A stretch of DNA of 64,000 nucleotides. Source: Chloroflexota bacterium. Lineage in GTDB: Bacteria > Chloroflexota > Anaerolineae > Anaerolineales > Anaerolineaceae. This document shows positions 44,010 to 52,479 of this stretch, piece by piece. A program made the position numbers and the translations under genes. The notes beneath the pieces are model-generated. The model saw only the letters and a program-made list of their open reading frames with translations, searched no databases and was not told the DNA's origin. The DNA lies in NCBI GenBank assembly GCA_023434145.1, contig JAEYTI010000365.1, positions 1,001-65,000 of the forward strand, given 5' to 3'. The first letter of the stretch is position 1, and every line of letters begins with the position of its first letter.

Positions 44010-44588
44010 TTACTTCTTATAGTCTTCCACAACATACATCCATAGCCGGCTGCCAGGCAGCACCTGGCCGGCCAACTCCCGCCACACGAGTTGCGCTTCC
44101 AGATCGAAGAACATCCCAGCGTTGACGATCGAAAGCTCATAAAAGGGCGCCTTCTTCGGCTGGCTGCCTAACGGGCCTGGGTCAGCTTTGGAGATCTTTG
44201 AATCCGGGCATTGCAGTGCTTGTAGGAACTGGTTGCGCTGGAGTGGGGTAAAGACTAGCCGGGTGCCGTCCTGGCACATGGCGATCAGCGCGGTATTTCC
44301 GCCTTTGTTCCAGTTTTCAACCGATAGAACCGGCAACTGCTTTCCCAGAGCTTTGGCCGCGTTCTCCTGCAGCCACTGCTTGGTATCTGGCACCGTAATT
44401 TCTCGGGCCAGTTTTTCCCGTTTCAAGCGGATATCTTGCTCCGTCCAATCCTGAAGCCGCTCGCGAACAGTCTGAATGGCCTGGCGCTGGCGTTCATTGC
44501 CAAGTGAAATGGTGACGCCCAAAGCAACCAGGGCGATCAGAACGGATAGGGTGAGAATAATCTCCATACGGTATTGCTCCTTGTTCAA
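44010..44588 (-). CDS. Membrane-anchored hypothetical protein (192 aa)
   Basis: N-terminal TM MEIILTLSVLIALVALGVTISL. No motif recognised. Confidence 0.55.
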   Translation of the reverse strand: MNKEQYRMEIILTLSVLIALVALGVTISLGNERQRQAIQTVRERLQDWTEQDIRLKREKLAREITVPDTKQWLQENAAKALGKQLPVLSVENWNKGGNTALIAMCQDGTRLVFTPLQRNQFLQALQCPDSKISKADPGPLGSQPKKAPFYELSIVNAGMFFDLEAQLVWRELAGQVLPGSRLWMYVVEDYKK

Positions 44589-44744
44589 TAGGGTTATTCG
44601 GGAAATAGATGATCCAATACCTGGCGGACACCCGGGATGCTAAGGATGCCGACCAGAACCATACAAGCCAGGAAAATGATGACATCAACCATGCGCACCA
44701 TCTCCAGCTCCAAACACAGAAGATAAGTTGGGCCCTCGCATTTC

Positions 44745-47700
44745 TTACTGCTCCTGCCGGTGGGGCAGCTGGCTAATGACCTCACTCAATTTCTTCAGCT
44801 CCCTTGGTCGCGGATCGCGCGACGCGCTCCAGGCGAAAGCCACCAACGTACCAAGGCCGGCCAGGAAGACCAGCCACAACAGGATGGCCCAGGGTGAGGT
44901 CGCCGGTGGGGGAACGGTCGGCGTTGCAGGTATCATCGTTGGAATTGCGGTTGCCGTACCCGTTGGTAATATGGTGCGTGTAGCAGTCGCGCGCATCGTT
45001 GCTGTAGTAGATGGCAATCGGATGGCGGTCGCGGACAAGGTCTGCGTGACCATTTGCGTAGCGACCGGAGGGATAACAATCACCCCATGCGCTTCAACCT
45101 GCTGGGCCATGGAATCGATGACTTTCACGGTCACGTTGTATTCCCCGATGGGCGCCAGGATCTGGCCAAATTTGCGGTTCCAGACGACCTCTTTGGGCAT
45201 ATGGTTGGGCGAATAATTCAGATGCACATCCGGCCAGCGGCCCCCAGGGTCTGAAATATCGATGGTGATATCCATCAGTGTCAGATCGCCAGGGCGGATC
45301 TCCAGCAGCCCCTTTTCCCAGATGTACCAGCGCTCGGTCAGATCAATCTCTGGTAAAGCGTTTGCCACGATGTAATAGGATTTGGCGGTGGAGGTATTCC
45401 CCGCCTGGTCGGTGAAGGTGGCCTGAATGGCGTGCATGCCGCCCGAAAAGGGAAGGGTATCCCAGGGGGCTGACCAGCTGCCGTCCGAGCGGATCGCCAC
45501 CGCCTGCCAGGTCTTGCCATCATCCAGCGACAGGCTCATCTTGCTCGTGCCGGACATCGCGTCATGAACGGTTCCATCCAATTGAACCGTTCCCTGCACT
45601 TTCGTCCCGCCCATGGGTGAAACGAACTGGCCGATGGGGTCGTGCTGGTCGATCTTGATTTCCTTGGCCAGCTCGGTCTGGTTGCCGGCCTTATCGACCG
45701 CCCGGAAATCCAGCTGGTGGAAGCCATCCTCGGCGATCTTGACCGCGCTCACCGGCTGCCAATCGCCATCATCTATACGGATACTCATCTGTGCCATGCC
45801 GGAGGTCTCATCGACCGCCTTCGCCGACACATTGGCCGCAGAACGGAACCAGGCCAGTAGCCCTTCAATTGCGTCAATCGTGACATCGACCTGTGGTGGT
45901 GCGGCGTCTATCTGTACGGTTTGCGCATGCTGGGTGACGTTGCCGGCATTGTCGGTGGCGCGGAACTCGACCTGGTGCTTGCCGTCACCGCTAACCGTGA
46001 TTTTGTTCAGGCTCTGCCACGCGCTGCCATCCACGCGGGCTTCTACTTTGCTCAACCCGGAGACGGCGTCGCTGGATGTCGAAGTGACTTCTACCGCAGC
46101 GCTGGTGAACCAGCCGTTCTGTCCAGATGTACCGCTGGCTTCCAGCAGCAGCGTTGGCCCTTGCAGATCGACTTTGAGCGCGGCGGTCTGGATGGTGGTA
46201 TTGCCGGCGATATCCGTGGTCTGGAAGGTAACCGTATGGCTGCCATCTTTCTTCAGTGTCACCTGATCATCGATCCACGCTCCGCTGTCGATTTTCACCT
46301 GTGCGGACGCCAGGCCAGAGAGCGCATCACTGCCGGAAACTTTCAAAACCGGTGCGCTGGTATACCAGCCATTTTGTCCGTCCGGCTGTGGAATGGTGGC
46401 GGTCAAACTGGGCGGGGTGAGGTCGATCCGTACCGTTTGGGATTGGTTGGCCTGGTTACCGGCCTTGTCGCTGGCGCGAGCTTCCAGGGTATGCACCCCT
46501 TCCGTAAGGGATAGCGGGAAGGTGTTTCGCCACGCTCCGCCATCCAACCGGGCATCCACAGCCGCCAGACCAGAGGTCGCATCACTTGCGGCCGGACTGG
46601 CGCTGACCATTGAGCGGTACCAGCCGTTTTGCCCGGCGGTCCCGGTCAGGTTGACGGTCAACTGCGGGTCGGTCTGATCTACCAGGTAGGTTCCGGAAGA
46701 AGTCTTGAGATTGCCGGCGTTGTCCCGTGCGCGGAAGTTGACCGTGTGGCTGCCGTCCGTACGAAGCGTCGTACCGCCGGCCTGCCAGCTGCCGCTGCCC
46801 ACCTGTAGCTCAGCCGCGGCCAGTCCGGAGGTGGCATCACTGCCGGAAACGGAGATGGTCGGCGCGGTCACATACCAGCCGTTTTGACCATCCGCTGCCG
46901 GAGCGCTGACGGCCAGATCCGGGGCGACGCTGTCCAGCTTGAAGGAGGCGGCACTGCTGGTCGCGCTGTTGCCGGCCCGGTCGGTGGCCAGGGCCTGGGC
47001 GGTATGCGCGCCCTGCGTGGTGACGGTCAGCGGCCCAACCTGCCAGGCACCGCTGTCGATTTTGACTTGCGTTGCGGCAATGCCGGAAACCGCGTCACTG
47101 GCCGAGGCGGAGATGGTGACGGGGGATATAAACCAGCCGTTTTGGCCGTTGGGGGCCGGCACCGACAGGCTGATGCCCGGGTTTCCGGTATCCACGAAGA
47201 TTGTCTGGCTGCCCTGCAGGCTGGTGTCGCCAAAGGTCGAGTGCGCCCAGTAGGCCAGGTTGGTCTGCCCTTGCGGCGGCGTCCAGTTGCAGTTAATGCT
47301 CGCTGCATCCGCCGGGTCGCACAGCACGCCGGTGGTGCCTTCGATGGATTGGATCTTATACCCGGATACCGGCTCGCTGGCCGAAAGCGCCAGGTTGGGC
47401 CCGCCCCGGCACCAGCCGTTGGAACCTGGCGTCCCGCAGGTCAGATTGCCAGAAACGGTAGCATTGGGCAGTGTGGTGGTGTTGGTTACCTCTTTTTCCT
47501 GCTCTTCGCAGGAAACGCAGCGGCTATTGGGACAGGGGCTCGAGGTCACATCGCATTCACCGCCGTCCGAAATGCAGGTGCATTCGATCTTCCCGCTGCT
47601 GTTGTAGCACACACGCAGGTGCTGGGTGCTGGTCGTGGTGGTGGTCCGGTTACGCGGGCCGATGTAGTCGGCCGCGGCTCCCGGCGTGCCGGACAGGGAC

Positions 47701-47750
47701 AGCACCAGCGCCAGGGTCAATACTAGGAGAAGTGATTTCTTGCGCTTCAT
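44745..47750 (-). CDS. Large surface protein with 7-8 tandem Ig-like repeats (GQNGW(Y/F)..SD(A)xSG(L/I)A..D.G.W type), a Cys-rich N-terminus and a C-terminal TM anchor
   Basis: Start moved to MKRKKSLLLVLTLALVLSLSG (signal peptide). Repeats of ~95 aa. Thr/Pro-rich stalk, TM WAILLWLVFLAGLGTLVAFAW, then a charged tail. Confidence 0.75.
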   Translation of the reverse strand: MKRKKSLLLVLTLALVLSLSGTPGAAADYIGPRNRTTTTTSTQHLRVCYNSSGKIECTCISDGGECDVTSSPCPNSRCVSCEEQEKEVTNTTTLPNATVSGNLTCGTPGSNGWCRGGPNLALSASEPVSGYKIQSIEGTTGVLCDPADAASINCNWTPPQGQTNLAYWAHSTFGDTSLQGSQTIFVDTGNPGISLSVPAPNGQNGWFISPVTISASASDAVSGIAATQVKIDSGAWQVGPLTVTTQGAHTAQALATDRAGNSATSSAASFKLDSVAPDLAVSAPAADGQNGWYVTAPTISVSGSDATSGLAAAELQVGSGSWQAGGTTLRTDGSHTVNFRARDNAGNLKTSSGTYLVDQTDPQLTVNLTGTAGQNGWYRSMVSASPAASDATSGLAAVDARLDGGAWRNTFPLSLTEGVHTLEARASDKAGNQANQSQTVRIDLTPPSLTATIPQPDGQNGWYTSAPVLKVSGSDALSGLASAQVKIDSGAWIDDQVTLKKDGSHTVTFQTTDIAGNTTIQTAALKVDLQGPTLLLEASGTSGQNGWFTSAAVEVTSTSSDAVSGLSKVEARVDGSAWQSLNKITVSGDGKHQVEFRATDNAGNVTQHAQTVQIDAAPPQVDVTIDAIEGLLAWFRSAANVSAKAVDETSGMAQMSIRIDDGDWQPVSAVKIAEDGFHQLDFRAVDKAGNQTELAKEIKIDQHDPIGQFVSPMGGTKVQGTVQLDGTVHDAMSGTSKMSLSLDDGKTWQAVAIRSDGSWSAPWDTLPFSGGMHAIQATFTDQAGNTSTAKSYYIVANALPEIDLTERWYIWEKGLLEIRPGDLTLMDITIDISDPGGRWPDVHLNYSPNHMPKEVVWNRKFGQILAPIGEYNVTVKVIDSMAQQVEAHGVIVIPPVATQMVTQTLSATAIRLPSTTATMRATATRTILPTGTATAIPTMIPATPTVPPPATSPWAILLWLVFLAGLGTLVAFAWSASRDPRPRELKKLSEVISQLPHRQEQ

Positions 47751-47922
47751 CGATAAATTCCATGCTCCGATCGCGTTCAACTAATGATGGCTGTCGGTCA
47801 TCCAGCGCAGCAAGGCGGATAGAATCATGCCGCTGGCGACGCCGGTGGCGAGACCGATGAAGAACCACTGGGTGGCGACTGCCTGGCACACAGCCGGCGT
47901 CAGGTAAGAAACATTCATTGGG

Positions 47923-48534
47923 TCAACCTCCTTCTAGTCCTTGTTCGATGATCTGCCCGGGCAGGATGTCCCAGGTTAGAAAGCCGTACTGGTAATGGGG
48001 TGGGAAGAGACCCGTGTGGATGAAGACATTGCTCAGGTCCCCGGTCGGCTCTATCGCCGGATCCAAGAGGACCGGCGGCCGGCTGCCCTCGACGAGCGCC
48101 CTGATCCGGCAACGGGCGCTCTGGTTTCCAAAGCACAGCGAATGATCCACGGCTTTTTGCGTTCCCGGTATGCGCAGGGTCACATAGCGCGGCTGGGTGA
48201 AAGCCGCTGCCACCTCTTGCCGGCTGGTGGCCCCGCTGACCAGCGATTCGTACCCACCCGCGTCCTCGATTACGCCCACCAGCGCCCAAAGGCTGCCGCG
48301 ACCATAGCGCACCTCCACCAGATCCAGTTCTTGCTCAAACAGGCGATGTGTCTGGAAGCGGCGGTTGACGATCCCGGTCACTTCCCAGTGACCCTCGCGA
48401 AACACCGGCCCATTCCAGGCATTGGGAGGCACGTCGGGCGGGTCGGCCAGCACGCTCAGGCTGACGAGAACGAGCGCCCCAAACAGCAGGACCCAGCGCA
48501 AAACCTTCCAAAAAACGGGGAAAATGGCGCTCAT
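47923..48534 (-). CDS. Signal-anchored hypothetical protein (203 aa) at the distal end of the Tad cluster
   Basis: Start moved to MSAIFPVFWKVLRWVLLFGALVLV. The ATGA overlaps the upstream stop at 48531-48534. Confidence 0.55.
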   Translation of the reverse strand: MSAIFPVFWKVLRWVLLFGALVLVSLSVLADPPDVPPNAWNGPVFREGHWEVTGIVNRRFQTHRLFEQELDLVEVRYGRGSLWALVGVIEDAGGYESLVSGATSRQEVAAAFTQPRYVTLRIPGTQKAVDHSLCFGNQSARCRIRALVEGSRPPVLLDPAIEPTGDLSNVFIHTGLFPPHYQYGFLTWDILPGQIIEQGLEGG

Positions 48535-48962
48535 CGGGTAAAGGCTCCCACTTCCGCCAGGCCCATTTGGGTGACGATGACATCTGGCACTACGGCCGGA
48601 AACAGGCGCGCCAGGTTGCACGAAACGCTGACCTGGACGGTGTTCGTCTCGTCGTTGACGTTGATGCCGGTGACCCAGGCGTGGATGCCTTGTGCCGAGA
48701 GCATGCCGGTATTGGCGTTCACCATCGCCTGGGCTTGTGACCAGGTCGCATCGGTCGGTACGAGGTTGCCCGTAGCGCGGAATGTGCGCTGGTTGATCTC
48801 AATGGCCGCTCCCAGGGCGGCTGCATCCGCGGCGGCCGATACCTGCGCGCGGGCGTAGAAGTAGCGCCCCAGCTCGATGGTCATAGCCATGATTGGCATC
48901 ATCACAAAGCCAATAAAGATGGCCCAGAAGGTGAGGGAGTAAGCGCGGCGGTCGTGGATCAT
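48531..48962 (-). CDS. TadE/TadG-like pseudopilin
   Basis: 143 aa. The N-terminal hydrophobic segment plus ..ELGRYFYARAQVSAAADAAALGAA.. is typical of the TadE family. Confidence 0.65.
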   Translation of the reverse strand: MIHDRRAYSLTFWAIFIGFVMMPIMAMTIELGRYFYARAQVSAAADAAALGAAIEINQRTFRATGNLVPTDATWSQAQAMVNANTGMLSAQGIHAWVTGINVNDETNTVQVSVSCNLARLFPAVVPDVIVTQMGLAEVGAFTR

Positions 48963-48966
48963 CGTC

Positions 48967-49365
48967 CTACCAGCCTTCCTGGCGGAATGTCACGTCCGAG
49001 CTAACAGTAAATGGGTCGCTCCAGCCGATAAAACCGCCCAGATAGTTCGGGATGGTGCCCGAGACGCGCACCTTTAGGATCGAGCCGGCCACCCCACCGG
49101 GAGCCAGGATCTGCACGTTCGGGCTCTGGACCAATTTGGCCGAAGCAATCGCTTCTCGTGCGCCATTCAAGGCATAGCAGGCTGAACAGCTTTGCGCGAC
49201 CGACCCCATCCTTGCCCCATGCCGGGCGGCAGCCTGCACCGCCTGCTGGCCAAAGATGACCATGCCGAGGTTGATCGTCGCCAGCATGATCAGCACCGCA
49301 ATCGGGGTCGTAATCGCTGCTTCAATCGTCTCCAGCCCGGCGCGGGCTTTGATGTATCTTTTCAT
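48967..49365 (-). CDS. tadE: TadE-like pseudopilin
   Basis: Start moved to MKRYIK (GGAGG 5 nt upstream). ..GLETIEAAITTPIAVLIMLATINLGMVIFGQQAVQAAARHGAR.. matches the TadE N-terminal pattern. Confidence 0.7.
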   Translation of the reverse strand: MKRYIKARAGLETIEAAITTPIAVLIMLATINLGMVIFGQQAVQAAARHGARMGSVAQSCSACYALNGAREAIASAKLVQSPNVQILAPGGVAGSILKVRVSGTIPNYLGGFIGWSDPFTVSSDVTFRQEGW

Positions 49366-49389
49366 AAGCGCCTCCAATAAAGATTGGTT

Positions 49390-49432
49390 GAGGCGGGCGG
49401 CTGCGCCAGCAGCGCTATTTCACGCCCGCCTC
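49390..49432 (-). terminator. Stem-loop after the pilin gene (partial terminator or attenuator)
   Basis: 10-bp stem GAGGCGGGCG / CGCCCGCCTC with a 23-nt loop, followed on the - strand by AACCAATCTTTATT. Confidence 0.4.
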
Positions 49433-49448
49433 TTGGTTGACCCTGGCC

Positions 49449-49595
49449 TTAGATTTTCCCGGCCACATCCATGACAATCGTGTTGATGTTCTCGCCCAGC
49501 AGCTTATACGCGCCGTAGACCACCACCACGATGACTGCCATCAGCAGCGCCACTTCACTGGCTTCGATGGCTTGGGTATCGAGTAGGTAACGCAT
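49449..49595 (-). CDS. flp: Flp-family (type IVb-like) pilin, 48 aa, absent from the ORF track
   Basis: Hand translation gives MRYLLDTQAIEASEVALLMAVIVVVVYGAYKLLGENINTIVMDVAGKI. AAGGAGG lies 8 nt upstream. The gene sits between the prepilin peptidase gene and tadE. Confidence 0.75.
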   Translation of the reverse strand: MRYLLDTQAIEASEVALLMAVIVVVVYGAYKLLGENINTIVMDVAGKI

Positions 49596-49638
49596 GGTTT
49601 TCACCTCCTTTCCTGTAGAATAGGTCGTTCTTGTGTTG

Positions 49639-50160
49639 CTATCCGCTGCGCAGGAACTGCGCGGTCAGGTACCAGACCGTCCCAGCGGCAATCGCCAAGG
49701 TATAGGGCACGGTCTTCTCCTTCCGTAGCAGCCCGATCAAACCTTGCATCCCGCCGGCCAGAAACACGGCCACGAGCAGCAGGGGATCGCCGAGAAACAG
49801 CAGTAACGCCGTCAGCATCTTGGTGTCCGCCCCGCCCATCACGCCCATTTCCCACAAAACCCAGGCCGCAAAGAGGGCCATGGATAGGTTTCCCTGGGCA
49901 GCGCTGCCAAAGAGAATGCAGGCCATCCAGGCCGCACCGGCCAGCAGGATGCGCGCTGTGTGCGGCAGATCAGAGATGGCAATCAGTGCCAGCACCATCC
50001 CAACCACCAGCCAGTCCCCGGCAATCGTCCGCCAGGTCGCGGCCAGGAGCAGCGCGCTTAGGGTCAAGGTGTTGGGCACCTGGCGGGTCTTGAGGTCGCG
50101 CCAGACGCAGGCGGCTAGCCACAGCGCGAGGGGAACAACTGCCACTGCCGGCATCACCAC
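49639..50160 (-). CDS. tadV: Prepilin peptidase, A24 family (TadV/CpaA type, no methyltransferase domain)
   Basis: 173 aa, polytopic. The two Asp motifs are ..VWRDLKTRQVPN.. and ..MGGADTKML... Confidence 0.8.
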   Translation of the reverse strand: MVMPAVAVVPLALWLAACVWRDLKTRQVPNTLTLSALLLAATWRTIAGDWLVVGMVLALIAISDLPHTARILLAGAAWMACILFGSAAQGNLSMALFAAWVLWEMGVMGGADTKMLTALLLFLGDPLLLVAVFLAGGMQGLIGLLRKEKTVPYTLAIAAGTVWYLTAQFLRSG

Positions 50161-50726
50161 ACTCCGGGCAGCAGGCGGAAACGCACCTGCGCGGCATAAA
50201 GCGGATACCCGCTAATCATCTGCTCCTCGCGCAGGATGCGCAGCACCTGGATCAGCGCCAGGCATCCCGTGAGGATAAGCGCAAGCACCTGGTCTGGCGC
50301 TCCGGCGACCAGCGCCCCCCGCAGGAGCAGCTCGCCCAGATACATGGGGTGGCGCACCAGCCGGTAGGGGCCGCTCGTAACCAGTCCCCGGTCTGCCGGA
50401 GCGATGCCAAAACGCCCGCCGAGGGTCAGCAGCGACCAGAGAATCAAGAGATAACCGGCGAGCGCCGAGAGCGTGAGGAGAAGGCCTGGCGCTTCAGGGA
50501 GCGGCGAGGCAGTCGGCAGCACCGCGGCCATCAGTCCGAAAATGAGCCCCTTGCGATCGTAGCGCACGGTCGGGTAGCGGCGTAGGTACAGGATGGACAG
50601 AAGCCCATTGTGCAGCGCCACTAGATAGGCCAGCACGGTCGGGTGCTGCCAGGCGGCCAGGCCCGAGAGGCCGGCGGCGACCCCAAAGAATAGAAAACCG
50701 AGACGATTTCGCCAATTCCTGTTCAT
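50154..50726 (-). CDS. ICMT/PEMT-family membrane methyltransferase
   Basis: Start moved to MNRNWRN (190 aa); the longer track ORF overlaps tadC. Signature GPYRLVRHPMYLGELLL. It overlaps tadC (1 nt) and the peptidase gene (7 nt). Confidence 0.7.
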   Translation of the reverse strand: MNRNWRNRLGFLFFGVAAGLSGLAAWQHPTVLAYLVALHNGLLSILYLRRYPTVRYDRKGLIFGLMAAVLPTASPLPEAPGLLLTLSALAGYLLILWSLLTLGGRFGIAPADRGLVTSGPYRLVRHPMYLGELLLRGALVAGAPDQVLALILTGCLALIQVLRILREEQMISGYPLYAAQVRFRLLPGVW

Positions 50727-51586
50727 CAAAACATACCCGCCACAACCGGATAGCCCACCACGACCAGCAGGATGACCAGGTAGGGCAAGAAGTAGAAGAA
50801 GACCATCGGCAGCACCAGTTCCGAGCCAACCTTTTCCGCGCGCTGGTCGGCCTGGCCGATGTAATCGGCAGCGATCGCGCTGGCCAGTTGTGCCATCAGC
50901 TCCTGCTGGTTGGCTCCGCGGCGGATGAACTCGAGCTGCACCGCCATCGAGACCAGTTCTGGCAGGAGCGAACGGCGTGCTTCTTCCTGCATCACCGGAA
51001 CAAGCGTCCTGCCCTGGCTCATCTGGATGACCTGGATCATCCAGCGCCCGACCAGCGAAGTCTCTTTGGCCGAGCGCACCAACGCCTCTTCGAGCTTGAC
51101 GCCGGCAGCCATCTGGGCGGAAACCAGCTGGACGAACTCCGGCAGCTGGGATTGGAACGACCGCTGGGTCTTGCGCGCGGCAGCGCTTACATTCATGGCC
51201 GGGACTTGCCAGCCGAAAAAGGCGCAAAAAGCGCCCAGGAGCGGTGTGTCAAACACGATCAGGCCACCGACCCCGGCTGCGACCGCCGCGACCAGACGCA
51301 GGGCGATCAGCTGCGTGCCGGTCCAGCCACCCCACTTGTTACCCATCTGCGCCCAATACAGGTCCGCCTGCACCTTGCGCAAGAAACCGGCCGGGGTCCA
51401 TTTCGCAACCGGCTTTTCCAGCGGCTGGAGCGATCGCCGCAGCCCAGACAGCTCCGCATCCGCCGGCCGGTCCAACCGTTCCAGCACAGAGGTTGCCCGG
51501 TGTGGCGAAAGGGAAGGCACGAACTCGACCGTCAACACAATCACGAGCGCCCCAACCAGGATCCCGAGAATGGTAATGATCGTCAT
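50726..51586 (-). CDS. tadC: TadC-like (T2SS-F family) pilus platform protein
   Basis: 286 aa. N- and C-terminal TM helices flank a cytoplasmic helical domain. Position is after tadB. Confidence 0.7.
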   Translation of the reverse strand: MTIITILGILVGALVIVLTVEFVPSLSPHRATSVLERLDRPADAELSGLRRSLQPLEKPVAKWTPAGFLRKVQADLYWAQMGNKWGGWTGTQLIALRLVAAVAAGVGGLIVFDTPLLGAFCAFFGWQVPAMNVSAAARKTQRSFQSQLPEFVQLVSAQMAAGVKLEEALVRSAKETSLVGRWMIQVIQMSQGRTLVPVMQEEARRSLLPELVSMAVQLEFIRRGANQQELMAQLASAIAADYIGQADQRAEKVGSELVLPMVFFYFLPYLVILLVVVGYPVVAGMF

Positions 51587-52467
51587 ACGGCCTCCATGAT
51601 CATCGAGCGCATCACGCTGTAGCCCAGGGCCATGCTACCCATGCCCACCGCGATAGCGATCTGCACCGGGAAGGCGGAGAGCGAGCCCTGGATGGTGGGA
51701 TCCTGCCCGAGGTAGGCCAAAATCAGGGCCAGGACGCCTGGAATCACTTTGGCGGAAACCATTGCATCCCCGGCTTTGGCCTGTGAGCGGTTACGCGCCA
51801 CCAGGATTTGCTGCGTTTTTTGCGCAATGGAGGAAAGCACCCGGGCGTACGCCCCGCCACCGGCTTGCAGATAGCCCTCTAGCAGGTAAGCCAGGTTGGC
51901 CAGCGAGGTGGAAGGTGAGCGCGCAGCAAGGGAAACAAGCGCTTCCTCACGGTTTTTGTTGCGCATCTCAGCGGCGGTGAGGAGCAGCTCCGGGGTCAAA
52001 GGGTTGGCGCCTTCCACTGCGAGCGAATTCCCCACCTCTTCCAGCACATCCGGGACCGCGCCGCCGGCCAAGAGGCCTGCCGTGATGCGCCCGATGGCCA
52101 GTGGCAGCAGCTTGTCGATGGCCTGCCCGCGGCTTTTGACCTTATCGTCCAGCCAGGCGGAAGGCACATAGAACACCAGCGCCCCGGCCGCGATGGCCGG
52201 CAACCCGGGCAGGAGGGCCCAGGTGATCACCGCGGTTACCGCAGCCCCAGCCACACACAGCAGGCTGAAGGTGATGGGTTGCAGGCGAATTCCGGCTGCC
52301 AGGAGTTTGTATTCCAGCGAGTTTGCCGGCAGCTGGCTCAAACTTTGCGCTGCCTCAGGCGTATACAGGTCACCAATCCGCCGTTTCTCGCGTTCGAAGG
52401 GCAAGCGGTCGGGGGCAAATAGGAGAAAGATTAGTAGCGCGGCGAGGAAGCCGATGATAAAAACCAT
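51583..52467 (-). CDS. tadB: TadB-like (T2SS-F family) pilus platform protein
   Basis: 294 aa with the same topology. 4-nt overlap with tadC. Confidence 0.7.
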   Translation of the reverse strand: MVFIIGFLAALLIFLLFAPDRLPFEREKRRIGDLYTPEAAQSLSQLPANSLEYKLLAAGIRLQPITFSLLCVAGAAVTAVITWALLPGLPAIAAGALVFYVPSAWLDDKVKSRGQAIDKLLPLAIGRITAGLLAGGAVPDVLEEVGNSLAVEGANPLTPELLLTAAEMRNKNREEALVSLAARSPSTSLANLAYLLEGYLQAGGGAYARVLSSIAQKTQQILVARNRSQAKAGDAMVSAKVIPGVLALILAYLGQDPTIQGSLSAFPVQIAIAVGMGSMALGYSVMRSMIMEAV

Positions 52468-52479
52468 AGAAGCTCCTTG

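Noticed and set aside
44594-44701. Possible 35-aa TM peptide (MVRMVDVIIFLACMVLVGILSIPGV..) downstream of the Ig-repeat gene
   Set aside because: It is plausible (GGAG upstream) but too short to support without expression or conservation data, so I did not call it.
44745-47750. Periodic ~285-nt repeats that could be mistaken for a repeat array or CRISPR-like structure
   Set aside because: They are in-frame, diverged protein-domain repeats inside one long ORF. There are no short identical repeats with unique spacers anywhere in the window.
45613-48858. Long + strand ORFs (45613..46266, 45921..46514, 46884..47726, 47995..48858) opposite the Ig-repeat and Tad genes
   Set aside because: These are antisense shadow ORFs in GC-rich coding DNA. 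Their composition is Arg/Gly/Ala-rich without motifs, and the minus-strand genes have coherent domain structure.
50727-51227. N-terminal 167-aa extension of the ICMT-like ORF in the track (50154..51227)
   Set aside because: The extension lies entirely inside tadC in another frame and is Arg/Pro/Gly-rich junk. An internal ATG at 50726 gives a typical-length ICMT protein with a 1-nt overlap to the tadC stop.
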